From contig WGFJ01000140.1 of assembly GCA_015492305.1 (NCBI GenBank), positions 287 through 64,286 on the forward strand: DNA of 64,000 bases, written 5' to 3'. Within the stretch, counting starts at the first letter, position 1. Each line of letters starts with the position of its first letter. Positions 10,720 to 19,633 of the stretch are shown here, piece by piece. The notes beneath the pieces were generated by a model. The model saw nothing but the letters and a program-made list of their open reading frames with translations. It searched no databases and was not told the origin of the DNA. This DNA is from Deltaproteobacteria bacterium (GTDB lineage Bacteria > Desulfobacterota > GWC2-55-46 > S146-80). The position numbers were made by a program, and so were the translations under genes.

Positions 10720-12006
10720 TCAGAAGGCGAACTGCTCTTTGAAGATGTACCACCCCTTTAGATAGTCGAGGGCCGTCTTCAACTGGAAGTCCTCTATCTC
10801 CTCTTCTCCTTTGGCCTTTTTCTCTTCCTTCCCCTCACCCTTGGGCCCTTCGAGATGGCCCTCAAGGTCCTTTTCCCTGGGGTGCTTGACTTCCGGCTTC
10901 TTCTCCACCACCCTCTCCTCCACCACGATATCTGGAACTATGCCTCGGGCCTGGATGGAGACCCCTGAGGGTGTGTAGTATTTGGAGGTGGTTATCCTGA
11001 GGGCCGAACCATCTTCAAGGGGGATGATGGACTGGACAGAGCCCTTCCCGAAGGTGGTGGTCCCCATGATGACTGCCCTCTTGTGATCCTTAAGGGCCCC
11101 TGCCACTATCTCAGAGGCACTTGCACTGCCACCGTTTACAAGGACGATCATGGGATAGGTGGGCTCCGTTCCATCCATCTTTGCCTCAAAGCGCATCTCC
11201 TGCTCCTTTATCCTTCCCTTGGTGTACACGATAAGGCCTTTGGTAAGGAAGATATCGGATACAGAAACAGCCTGATCCAGAAGGCCACCGGGGTTGTTTC
11301 TAAGATCAAGGATGAGCCCTTTTAGCCCTCCTGATTCCTCCTCCAATCCTTTGAGGGCCTTCTTCAGTTCCTCATCGGTGCCCTGCTGGAAGTTTATGAT
11401 CCTCACATAACCAAAACCATCTTCAAGGAGCCTTGATTTAACACTCCTGATGTGGATGATGTCCCTTACGATCTCAAAGGGCCTCGGCTTCTCAAAGCCC
11501 TCCCTCATGATCCATATGGTCACCTTCGTTCCCTTCGGCCCCCTGAGAAGCTTGACGGCCTCGTTGAGGGTCATGCCCTTGGTGGGCTTGTCCTCGATTT
11601 TGACGATCTTGTCCCCTGCCTTTATCCCTGCCCTGTAGGCGGGTGTGTCCTCTATGGGGGACACAACCGTGAGGACACCATCCTTTATGGTTATCTCTAT
11701 GCCAAGCCCCCCAAAGGTCCCCCTTGTCTCCACCTGCATCTCCCTGTACTCCTCAGGGGTCATAAAGGAGGAATGGGGATCAAGGTTGGTTACCATCCCC
11801 TTTATGGCGTTGTAGATGAGCTCTGATGGGTCCACCTCTTCAACATAGCTATCCTCAACGATCGTCAGGGCCTCTGTGAATATCTTTATCTTTTCATAGG
11901 TCTTCCTGGAGACCGCATAGACACCAGGGCTTACCGTTGCCACTGTAACCCCGAAGATGATGAAAAAGAGTGTGATGAATGTTACCTTTTTGATACCCCT
12001 TTCCAT
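10720..12006 (-). CDS. ctpA: carboxyl-terminal processing protease (S41)
   Basis: PDZ domain plus S41 catalytic core (NPGGLLDQAV…GGSASASEIVAGALKD). Start moved to the internal ATG at 12006, which sits behind a strong GGAAGGAGGA ribosome-binding site and opens a signal peptide. Confidence 0.9.
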   Translation of the reverse strand: MERGIKKVTFITLFFIIFGVTVATVSPGVYAVSRKTYEKIKIFTEALTIVEDSYVEEVDPSELIYNAIKGMVTNLDPHSSFMTPEEYREMQVETRGTFGGLGIEITIKDGVLTVVSPIEDTPAYRAGIKAGDKIVKIEDKPTKGMTLNEAVKLLRGPKGTKVTIWIMREGFEKPRPFEIVRDIIHIRSVKSRLLEDGFGYVRIINFQQGTDEELKKALKGLEEESGGLKGLILDLRNNPGGLLDQAVSVSDIFLTKGLIVYTKGRIKEQEMRFEAKMDGTEPTYPMIVLVNGGSASASEIVAGALKDHKRAVIMGTTTFGKGSVQSIIPLEDGSALRITTSKYYTPSGVSIQARGIVPDIVVEERVVEKKPEVKHPREKDLEGHLEGPKGEGKEEKKAKGEEEIEDFQLKTALDYLKGWYIFKEQFAF

Positions 12007-12023
12007 GTAGATCCTCCTTCCTT

Positions 12024-13187
12024 TTATCTCATAGAGACCCACTCAAGGGGGTCCCTTGGCATACCGTGGTACCGTATCTCAAAGTAGAGGCGGGGTCCTT
12101 TCAGGGACCCTGTATCTCCCACAAGGGCCACTACCTCACCCTTTTCCACCTCCTCCCCGACCTTCTTGAGTATCTCCGAGAGGTGGGCAAAGACGGTGTA
12201 GTACCCGTCTCCATGGTCGATGATCATGGTGAGACCGTATCCACCGAACCAGTCGGCAAATATGACCTTCCCATGGTATACTGCCCTTACCTTCGCACCC
12301 ATGGGTGCCTTTATCTCTATCCCCTTGTTGAATATGGGGGCATTGAACCTTGGATCTCTCCTCTTCCCGTAGAAGGAGACAACCGTCCCCTTTACAGGCA
12401 TCTTGAGGGAGCCCTTCATGGATGGAAAGCCCCTTCCAGAAGACCCCCTTCCATACCTCCTCCTCAACTCCTCTATCCTTGATGTGAGTCTCAGGGAGGC
12501 ATCCTCCATCTCCTTGAGGGCTATAAGGCTGAGTTCTCTATTGCTCCTTATGGTCCTGAGGACCTTCCTCCTCCTGGCCTTCTGAGAGAGCAGTTCACGT
12601 CTTCTGTCCCTGAGTCTTTCCTTTAACGCAAGCAGCCCCTTTTCCCTCTTTCTGAGCCGCTCCACTTCAGAGGCCAGTTCCTCCTGTATGGTGTGGTATG
12701 TCTCCATGAGGTTGAGATCATACCTTGCAAGGGCCTCAAGGTATCGGTACCTGCGCTCAAGGGAGGGCAGGTCCTGAGAGGAGAAGAGGAAGTCCACCAT
12801 CCTTCCCCTCTGCATCTTGTAGGCCACAACCACCCTCTGCTTCAACCTCTCCCTGAGGGAGACCTTCTTTGCCCTCAACCCCTCTATCCTCTCCTTAAGG
12901 AGTCTTACCTCTCCTTTCAGGTCCTCTATCCTCTCCTCTACCTCCCTGAGGGCCCTCTCCTTCTCCTTGATCTCCCTGTCCATGGCGGCTATGGCCTCAA
13001 TGAGGGACCTCTCCTTCAACCCGAGGGCCCTGAGCCTCTCCTTTCTTGCCCTGATGGCATCCTGCAACTCCACCAGTTCCCTCTCTTTCCTGACAAGCTC
13101 CTTCTTGAGCCCCCCTGCCTCACCCCAGACCCTGAGGGGGACAAGGAGGGTAAGGAGGGTAAGGGGCAATATCCACCAACTCCTCAC
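12024..13187 (-). CDS. envC: murein hydrolase activator EnvC-like M23 peptidase with coiled-coil region
   Basis: Signal peptide, a long coiled-coil region, and a C-terminal LytM/M23 domain (IIDHGDGYYTVFAHLSE). Confidence 0.85.
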   Translation of the reverse strand: MRSWWILPLTLLTLLVPLRVWGEAGGLKKELVRKERELVELQDAIRARKERLRALGLKERSLIEAIAAMDREIKEKERALREVEERIEDLKGEVRLLKERIEGLRAKKVSLRERLKQRVVVAYKMQRGRMVDFLFSSQDLPSLERRYRYLEALARYDLNLMETYHTIQEELASEVERLRKREKGLLALKERLRDRRRELLSQKARRRKVLRTIRSNRELSLIALKEMEDASLRLTSRIEELRRRYGRGSSGRGFPSMKGSLKMPVKGTVVSFYGKRRDPRFNAPIFNKGIEIKAPMGAKVRAVYHGKVIFADWFGGYGLTMIIDHGDGYYTVFAHLSEILKKVGEEVEKGEVVALVGDTGSLKGPRLYFEIRYHGMPRDPLEWVSMR

Positions 13188-13188
13188 C

Positions 13189-14097
13189 TCAGGCTGCCTC
13201 CAGAAACCTCTTCACGGCAAAGGAACTGCCGGCGATCCCAAGGGCCCCACCAAGGAGGACCATGAAGAGGAGAAGCCCTGCCATGGGCACACGTGGAGAG
13301 GGGTTGCCACTCAGTATCATGAAGAAGGGACCGAGTTTCGGGAAGATCGCAGAATGCAACCCAAGGACTATGAGGGCACCTGTAAAGGCACCTATCGTGC
13401 CCTGAAGGAAGCCTTCTATAAGGAAGGGCATCTTTATGAACCTTTCCGTGGCACCAACGAGTTCCATGATCTCTATCTCATCCTTCCTCGAAAACATGGT
13501 CAGCCTGATGGTATTTGAGACGATAAGCACAATGGTGAGGAAGAGGAAGAGGCTCAGGGCAACAAGGGATACCCTGAAGAGCTTCAGGATGGTGGCAAGC
13601 CTCTTTAACCATTGCCCTCCAAAATCCACATCCTCAACCCCCTTGAGCCTCCCTATCTCCCTGGCTATCCTCTCCACACCCTCCACCTCCATGCCACTCC
13701 TCACTCTCACCTCAAGCGAAGATGGAAGGGGGTTCTCGTCAAGGTCCTCCACCACATCGGAAAGGCTTGAAAGCTCCCTTTTGAAGAGTCTGTAGGCCTC
13801 TTCCTTTGAAATATACCTTACTCCTTCAACTCCGTCAATAGCCCTGATCCGGTCCATGAGTGCCTTCAGGGTGGCCCTATCGATCCCTTCCTCCAGGTAT
13901 GCACTGATACCCATCCTCTCCTCCCACCTGTCAACCACCCCTTTTGTGTAGAGGAAGAGGAGGGAGAAGATCCCGAAGATGGCCATGGAGAAGGTGATGA
14001 TAACTACCGTGACTATGTTAAGGAACAGGTGCCTCTTTATGCCCTTCAGCGCCTTTGCGAGGAAGTAGTAAGGATAGTTAACCCCCCTCATCACCAT
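13189..14097 (-). CDS. ftsX: cell division permease-like protein FtsX
   Basis: Four-TM FtsX architecture immediately after ftsE. Confidence 0.85.
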   Translation of the reverse strand: MVMRGVNYPYYFLAKALKGIKRHLFLNIVTVVIITFSMAIFGIFSLLFLYTKGVVDRWEERMGISAYLEEGIDRATLKALMDRIRAIDGVEGVRYISKEEAYRLFKRELSSLSDVVEDLDENPLPSSLEVRVRSGMEVEGVERIAREIGRLKGVEDVDFGGQWLKRLATILKLFRVSLVALSLFLFLTIVLIVSNTIRLTMFSRKDEIEIMELVGATERFIKMPFLIEGFLQGTIGAFTGALIVLGLHSAIFPKLGPFFMILSGNPSPRVPMAGLLLFMVLLGGALGIAGSSFAVKRFLEAA

Positions 14098-14117
14098 CCC
14101 ATGAGACCCCTGAAGGA

Positions 14118-14798
14118 TCAGGTCCCCTCCGCCACCCTCTCTGTGGCCTCAACAACCCTGCCCCTGTCAAGGCCAATGACCCTGTTACCGTATCTTGAGA
14201 CCAGTTCGTAGTTATGGGTGGCCATCACTATGGTGGTGCCCCTGGTGTTGATCTCCTCAAATATCTCCATGATGCGGCATGCCATCTCGTTATCCAGGTT
14301 GCCTGTAGGTTCATCGGCAAGGAGTATCTTCGGTTCCTTTACAAGGGCCCTTGCTATGGCCACCCTCTGCTGCTCACCACCGGAAAGGACAGCGGCCTTC
14401 CTGGCCATCTTGCCGTGGAGCCCCACCATCCCGAGGACACGGAGGACCCTCTTCCTTATCTCCCTTGGCGGTGTGCCAAGGGCCTCCAGGGCAAAGGCGA
14501 CATTTTCATAGACCGTCCAGTGAGGTATGAGCTTGAAGTCCTGGAATACAAGACCTATGTTCCTCCTGAAGAAGGGCACCTCCTTCCTGGGAAGCTTGAT
14601 GAGGTTCCTCCCATCTATGATGATCTGACCGGAGGTGGGTCTCTCCTCACGGAAGAGGAGGCGTAAAAGGGTGGTCTTCCCGGCCCCGCTTGGCCCTGTG
14701 AGAAAGGCAAACTCACCCTTCTCTATGTGGAGACTGACCTCGTGAAGGGCTGTTACCCCTTCGGGATACCTCTTTGAGACCCTAAAAAGACGGATCAT
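14118..14798 (-). CDS. ftsE: cell division ATP-binding protein FtsE
   Basis: ABC ATPase with Walker A (GPSGAGKTT), signature motif (LSGGEQQR) and Walker B. Confidence 0.9.
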   Translation of the reverse strand: MIRLFRVSKRYPEGVTALHEVSLHIEKGEFAFLTGPSGAGKTTLLRLLFREERPTSGQIIIDGRNLIKLPRKEVPFFRRNIGLVFQDFKLIPHWTVYENVAFALEALGTPPREIRKRVLRVLGMVGLHGKMARKAAVLSGGEQQRVAIARALVKEPKILLADEPTGNLDNEMACRIMEIFEEINTRGTTIVMATHNYELVSRYGNRVIGLDRGRVVEATERVAEGT

Positions 14799-14806
14799 CT
14801 GGCACC

Positions 14807-15235
14807 TTATGGATGCTCCTCAACCCAGATCTCTCCCTTCTCGGTGAACTCCTTCTTCCATATAGGTGTGATCCTTTTGAGCTCGGATATGCACCACTCA
14901 CAGCACATGAAGGCATCGTTTCTGTGCTGGGAGGCAACAACTATCAGGACGATGTTCTCCCCTATGCCTATCTTTCCGACCCTGTGGACAATGGCAACCT
15001 CAAGGACGTTGAAGTTCTTAAGGGCCCTGTTCCTGATCTCGGCAAGCTTCTTCTCTGCCATGCCTTCATAGTGTTCAAACTCAAGGCCCTGAATCCTCTC
15101 CCCCCTCGATATGTCCCTTCCTGTTCCAAGGAATGTGACAACAGCCCCTATGGCCTTTGAGGTCTTCTTGACCCGTTCTATCTCCTCATCTATGGAGAAA
15201 TCCTCCCTCTGGACCCTTACCATCTCCATCATCAA
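14807..15235 (-). CDS. moaE: molybdopterin synthase catalytic subunit MoaE
   Basis: MoaE-like 142-aa protein overlapping moaD. Confidence 0.75.
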   Translation of the reverse strand: MMMEMVRVQREDFSIDEEIERVKKTSKAIGAVVTFLGTGRDISRGERIQGLEFEHYEGMAEKKLAEIRNRALKNFNVLEVAIVHRVGKIGIGENIVLIVVASQHRNDAFMCCEWCISELKRITPIWKKEFTEKGEIWVEEHP

Positions 15236-15480
15236 CCTCCTGAAAAGGGTGGAAGGAAGGCCACCTCATCTCCGTCCTTTATCACCGTTTCAGGGGTGGC
15301 AAACTCCTGGTTGACCGAGACAAGAAGCCTCCGCCCCCTCAGGTACTCCTCCATCTGGGGAAACATCTCCATCACCTTCTCCTCCAGATCCCTGAGGGTG
15401 ATGTTCCCGGAAACGGGTATCTCCACCACCTCTTTGCCCACCCGGTCTTTGAGAATGGCAAAGAATCTTACCCTTACCAT
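15232..15480 (-). CDS. moaD: molybdopterin synthase sulfur-carrier subunit MoaD (ThiS/MoaD fold)
   Basis: An 82-aa protein ending in Gly-Gly that is translationally coupled to moaE. Confidence 0.75.
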   Translation of the reverse strand: MVRVRFFAILKDRVGKEVVEIPVSGNITLRDLEEKVMEMFPQMEEYLRGRRLLVSVNQEFATPETVIKDGDEVAFLPPFSGG

Positions 15481-15606
15481 AGCATCTCTCCATCAGATTT
15501 TGTAAATATTACCAGAATATGGGAAAAAGACCAATGAAAATCGTTTCATCAAGGAGGGAGGTCCCTCCCAGATATGGCAGATCAGGAAGGAACCACGGGA
15601 GGGAAG

Positions 15607-16509
15607 CTATCTAATTTGTGGCACGATCCACTTTCCATCTATGCGACAGGCAAGACCGTAGTATCTCCCTTTTATATCCCCTGAGGTGACGGTCTGGCGG
15701 TACCTGCGGCAGTAGAGGCCACCCTTTGTCCTGAAGGTACCGAGAGACACCACCTCTCCAGACACGCCACTATCAGGATCGGCCCACCTCACTGGCACAC
15801 CACTTCTGTTGAACTCAAGGGCCCTCTGAAAGCTGTCATCCATAAGTCTCACTGCCTGTTGAGGGAGACTGTCACGGGGTGGAAGGACTGCAAGGAGTTC
15901 CACCCGTCTTTCAGGCTTCCTCTTCACATTCCTGATAAACACCACATAGTGTCCCACCTCCGGGACGTAGTACCAGGTTCGTATCTCCCGTAACCTGTAT
16001 CTCCTGTTAAACCTCTTGCACTCGATCTTCCATGCATTGAAGTCTCCTATAAGTACAGATATACGCTCCCCACCAATCACCCTACAGAACCAGTACCTGT
16101 AGTAAGGCCTTTCAGGTCCATCAAGCTCCCGCCACCGTCCTTTTTCAAGGAAGTTAAAGGACCTGCCAGGATACAGAGGCCAGAGAGAGTCTGATCCATC
16201 TTTGCCGAAGACACCTGGAAGGGGAGAGAAGGACCTCCTGCCCTCTCTTTTCCTTGTCTTCCAGGATGAAGCAGGCAGTATGAAATCCCTTGATCCCCTG
16301 TAGATCTTTCCACGGTGATTCACCCAGAAGACCTCTCCTCCCCTTACCTCTGTAACCCTTTCCCATCCTCCATTGGAGTATAGATAGGTAGTGCCTTTGA
16401 CATAAAGGGGAAGGTCCGGTCCCTGGAGATCAGGCCTTACACCCTGTATCCCCCCAATACAGCCTGGAAGTACAGCTATCAGCAGAAGGAGAATTACGAT
16501 ACGACCCAT
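15607..16509 (-). CDS. lipoprotein with C-terminal 17-kDa-surface-antigen-like domain
   Basis: Lipobox LPGC. C-terminus …GTFRTKGGLYCRRYRQTV…GRYYGLACRIDGKWIV carries the YCRxY / ACRxxDGxW motif pattern I recognise from 17-kDa surface-antigen (COG4520-type) domains. Confidence 0.6.
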   Translation of the reverse strand: MGRIVILLLLIAVLPGCIGGIQGVRPDLQGPDLPLYVKGTTYLYSNGGWERVTEVRGGEVFWVNHRGKIYRGSRDFILPASSWKTRKREGRRSFSPLPGVFGKDGSDSLWPLYPGRSFNFLEKGRWRELDGPERPYYRYWFCRVIGGERISVLIGDFNAWKIECKRFNRRYRLREIRTWYYVPEVGHYVVFIRNVKRKPERRVELLAVLPPRDSLPQQAVRLMDDSFQRALEFNRSGVPVRWADPDSGVSGEVVSLGTFRTKGGLYCRRYRQTVTSGDIKGRYYGLACRIDGKWIVPQIR

Positions 16510-16523
16510 CGATCAAACCCCTC

Positions 16524-17159
16524 CTACATGTTTTTGTCCACATCTCCAAAGAGTATCATCCTGGTCCTCCACCGCCCTTCAGGGGTCCTGTATGCAAGTC
16601 CATACACCTCCTGCCTACCCCTCCCATGGACCACCTCTATCCGATACTGTCGATAGTAACGTCCCTCCCTGTCCCGGTAGGTCTTTACAGGGGTAACAAC
16701 GACCCTGTAACCATTCCTCTGTGGTGTCCAGACCATGGACTTGCCACTTACATTAAACTCGAGGACCTCATTCACCACATCATCCAGTTCAGTCTGGAAG
16801 GGCAGAGAGAGCGCCGGTTGCCTCACCCTTTCCCTGTCCAGTAACAGGCCTGCCCCAAACCCAAGGATTACCATCACAATCCCTGCAGCGATCCTGATCA
16901 GTCCCGATCTGAGACCGTTCTTCCCACTTTCTACCCTGTGGGACCTTATCCCATCCACCACCTCTTCCGGCACCTCTTCTTCATTCAAAAGCCTCTTCAT
17001 GCTGGCCTTCAGCCTTGCATTCACACATACCGCCTCAAGAAAGCGGGCCCGCACCTCTCCATCCCTTCTCAGGGCCTCTTCAACCTCATCCATCTCCTGA
17101 GGCTCCAGCTCCCCATCGATATAGGCTGAAAGCCTGATCTCATCGACCCTCCTATTCAT
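16524..17159 (-). CDS. anti-sigma factor (single TM) with periplasmic 17-kDa-antigen-like domain
   Basis: N-terminal anti-sigma domain (LSAYIDGELEPQEMDEVEEAL), one TM segment, and a C-terminal domain (…YYRQYRIEVVHGRGRQEVYGLAYRTPEGRWRT) homologous to the C-terminus of the downstream lipoprotein. Overlaps the ECF sigma stop. Confidence 0.7.
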   Translation of the reverse strand: MNRRVDEIRLSAYIDGELEPQEMDEVEEALRRDGEVRARFLEAVCVNARLKASMKRLLNEEEVPEEVVDGIRSHRVESGKNGLRSGLIRIAAGIVMVILGFGAGLLLDRERVRQPALSLPFQTELDDVVNEVLEFNVSGKSMVWTPQRNGYRVVVTPVKTYRDREGRYYRQYRIEVVHGRGRQEVYGLAYRTPEGRWRTRMILFGDVDKNM

Positions 17160-17724
17160 CGTTGCACACCTCCTCAGCAGCCCTGTAACTCCTGGCCCTT
17201 AGGTTGCCGTAAAACAGATCGGCCAGCATCTTTCTGGCCCTCGCAACACGGCTTGCCACAGTTCCTGCTGGTATGCCAAGGATATCTGCAGTCTCTGCGT
17301 AGGAGTATCCCTCCACACATACCAGCATGATGACCACCCTGTGTTCCTCCGGAAGAAGTCCAAAGGCCTTCCTGATATCCAGGGATATATCTATCGGGAC
17401 CTCCCTCCTCTTCCTCTCCATGCCTGCTTCGTAGATGGCATTCCTGTTGTAAAGGTTCTGGGTCCTTGTCCTGCGGAGCCCATCGAGCCAGCAGGTATAG
17501 AGGATCCTGAAGACCCAGCCATCGAAGTTCGTGCCATCCTTGAACTGATCGAAACGGCTGAGGACCTTCTCACAGGCCATCTGAACCAGTTCATCTGCCC
17601 TTTCCCCATCCTTGGCGATACCCATGGCAAAGCGCCGCAGGCGCGGAAGGAGGTCAACAAGCCTGTCCTTGAGCATCTCCTTCCGCACTTTGCCATCCAT
17701 GGAGGGTCCCCCCTGTGACCTCAC
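17152..17724 (-). CDS. RNA polymerase ECF-type sigma-70 factor
   Basis: Sigma-70 region 2 and region 4 motifs (…FDGWVFRILYTCWLD…; LPEEHRVVIMLVCVEGYSYAETADILGIPAGTVASR). Confidence 0.9.
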   Translation of the reverse strand: MRSQGGPSMDGKVRKEMLKDRLVDLLPRLRRFAMGIAKDGERADELVQMACEKVLSRFDQFKDGTNFDGWVFRILYTCWLDGLRRTRTQNLYNRNAIYEAGMERKRREVPIDISLDIRKAFGLLPEEHRVVIMLVCVEGYSYAETADILGIPAGTVASRVARARKMLADLFYGNLRARSYRAAEEVCNDE

Positions 17725-18443
17725 CGGATCCCACCCGGGGCCTGACCGGAAGGTGAGGTGCCTGTAGTCCCTTCTGTTGAACCACCACCTGTTGAACCGG
17801 TTGCACCACCTCCAGTCTGATCAGAGGCGGTTCCGGATGAACCCCAGTTGCCGACAAGTCCAGCCTCCTCGGCAGCCGAGACTGGAGAGAGATCACCGAT
17901 ACCACCTATCCCAATACCTACAGAACCGGGACCACTACCCTGACCCATGGAGTGGCTCTCATCATCGTTGTGGCTACCTCTGGATGAGCTATGGTCATCC
18001 GAGTCGTGCCCCTCATCACTTGAATGATCGTCATCTTCACCCTCATTGTGGTCATCTCCAGAGTGATCATCGTCCTCACCATCGTGGCCTGAACTGTCAT
18101 CGCTGCCATCACCATCGTCATCGCCATCGCTACTGCCGTCGTCATCCCCAGAGCCGCCATCACCACTATCACCATCATCACCACTGCTGTCACCATCGCC
18201 GCTATCACCGTCACCGCCGCCATCACCGTCACCATCCCCACCATCGCCGCCTCCGTCTCCCCCACCATCTCCATCTCCACCATCATCCGCCATGGTTACA
18301 GACTTGGACCATCCCATCTTCTTTGCATCGAAGTGGTATGGAAAGGCAATGATTGCAAGGGCGTAAAAGAACACAAGGAAGGTAAAAACCATCCTCTGGA
18401 CCGGGCCCCTGCAGCTGGCAAAGAGTTCTCTCAACCATGTCAT
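17721..18443 (-). CDS. membrane-anchored low-complexity acidic protein (Asp/Gly/Ser/His-rich), possible metal-binding protein
   Basis: One N-terminal TM helix followed by about 200 aa of D/G/S repeats and an H-D-E-rich block (HDGEDDDHSGDDHNEGEDDDHSSDEGHDSDDH). Same strand as its neighbours and its stop overlaps the ECF sigma start. The alternative frames of the repeat tract give implausible H/R-rich or M/V/T-rich ORFs. Confidence 0.45.
   Translation of the reverse strand: MTWLRELFASCRGPVQRMVFTFLVFFYALAIIAFPYHFDAKKMGWSKSVTMADDGGDGDGGGDGGGDGGDGDGDGGGDGDSGDGDSSGDDGDSGDGGSGDDDGSSDGDDDGDGSDDSSGHDGEDDDHSGDDHNEGEDDDHSSDEGHDSDDHSSSRGSHNDDESHSMGQGSGPGSVGIGIGGIGDLSPVSAAEEAGLVGNWGSSGTASDQTGGGATGSTGGGSTEGTTGTSPSGQAPGGIR
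17990..18290. repeat. imperfect GAT/GGT/GGC-type triplet-repeat tract (coding microsatellite)
   Basis: About 300 bp of 3-nt periodic low-complexity DNA that gives rise to the D/G-rich protein and to the spurious overlapping ORFs on both strands. Confidence 0.7.
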
Positions 18444-18538
18444 GGCTCAAACCTCCTTCCTCAAAGTCTCCTCTCACCCTTTATAACGATCCAGAGGGGT
18501 ATTTTCTTCCACCCTTATCGGAGCCCCTTCACAATCCT

Positions 18539-19633
18539 TTAACCCTGCCGATGCCTGTACCACACATTGCAGGTCCCATCGAAGGATACCATGCAGGGCC
18601 CATAAGGGGTTTGGGGGGTGCACCTCCTGCCAAAGAGGGGGCAGGAGGGAGGATCTATCTTGCCTATCATGATGAGGTGGCAGGAACAGCCAGGGTTGAG
18701 ATCAAGGGAAGGCTCTCTCAAATCGATGGAGAAGCGCTTCCTTGCATCGATCCTGTCATATTCACCCTTCAAGATAAGCCCTGACCTTGGAAGCCTTCCT
18801 ATCCCCCTCCAGTAGGCATCCGAAACGGTGAAGACCTCCGCCATTGCCTCCTTTGCCTTCCTGTTGCCAGCCTCCTTTACAGCCCTCCTGTATGCGTTCT
18901 CACACAGGGCCTTACCATCCTTTATCTGCCTTCCTATCATGAGGATCGCCGTAAGCACATCAACAGGCTCAAAACCTGCCGACACAACAGGCATCCCGTA
19001 TGCCTCTGGGAAGATCCGGTACTCCTCAAGGCCCATCACGGTGGTCACATGACCGGGGATGATGAACCCGTCTATCCTTATATCACCCACACCAAGGAGG
19101 AACTCCATGGCAGGGGGGATGAGTCTGTGGGACACGAGGAAACTCAGGTTCCTGGGCACCCCCTGAAGGATCATGGCCGCCACCCCGCAGGCGGTGGTCT
19201 CGAAACCAACGGAAAAGAAGACCACCTCCTCTGTGGGATTCCTCTCCGCAAGCTGGAGGGCATCGAAGGGGCTGTAAACGATCCTCACATCCCCGCCCCT
19301 TGCCTTTGCATCCAGGAGGGAACCGGAAGGGGTTGGTATCCTCACCATGTCCCCAAAGGTGGCGAGGATCACCCCCTTTTCAAGGGAGAGCCTCATGGCC
19401 ATCTCTATGTCCTCCACAGGGCAGACACAGACAGGGCATCCAGGCCCTGCTATCACCCTGATGGTCGAGGGAAGGAGTTCTCTCAGGCCAAAACGGGCTA
19501 TACTGTTCTCATGGGTCCCGCAGACATGCATGATCCTTATGGACCTTGGCATGGAGAGGGACCTCAGGGCTTCAACAACCCTTTCCACAAGGGCGCTATC
19601 TCTGAAAGGCTCAACAACCCCCATGGTCTTCAA
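18539..19633 (-). CDS. hypD: [NiFe]-hydrogenase maturation factor HypD
   Basis: HypD hallmark motifs MHVCGTHE and GPGCPVCV, plus C-terminal Cys motifs. 364 aa. Confidence 0.9.
   Translation of the reverse strand: MKTMGVVEPFRDSALVERVVEALRSLSMPRSIRIMHVCGTHENSIARFGLRELLPSTIRVIAGPGCPVCVCPVEDIEMAMRLSLEKGVILATFGDMVRIPTPSGSLLDAKARGGDVRIVYSPFDALQLAERNPTEEVVFFSVGFETTACGVAAMILQGVPRNLSFLVSHRLIPPAMEFLLGVGDIRIDGFIIPGHVTTVMGLEEYRIFPEAYGMPVVSAGFEPVDVLTAILMIGRQIKDGKALCENAYRRAVKEAGNRKAKEAMAEVFTVSDAYWRGIGRLPRSGLILKGEYDRIDARKRFSIDLREPSLDLNPGCSCHLIMIGKIDPPSCPLFGRRCTPQTPYGPCMVSFDGTCNVWYRHRQG

Noticed and set aside
15481-15606. GGAGGG/CCCTCC hairpin downstream of the lipoprotein gene as a terminator
   Set aside because: The stem is 6 bp with no adjacent U-tract, so it is at best a weak structure. 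It may simply be part of the moaD promoter region.
17777-18352. His/Arg-rich 191-aa plus-strand ORF and M/V/T-rich 122-aa minus-strand ORF across the triplet-repeat tract
   Set aside because: These are alternative frames of the same 3-nt periodic repeat. The minus-strand acidic frame alone has a TM anchor and operon-consistent start and stop overlaps.
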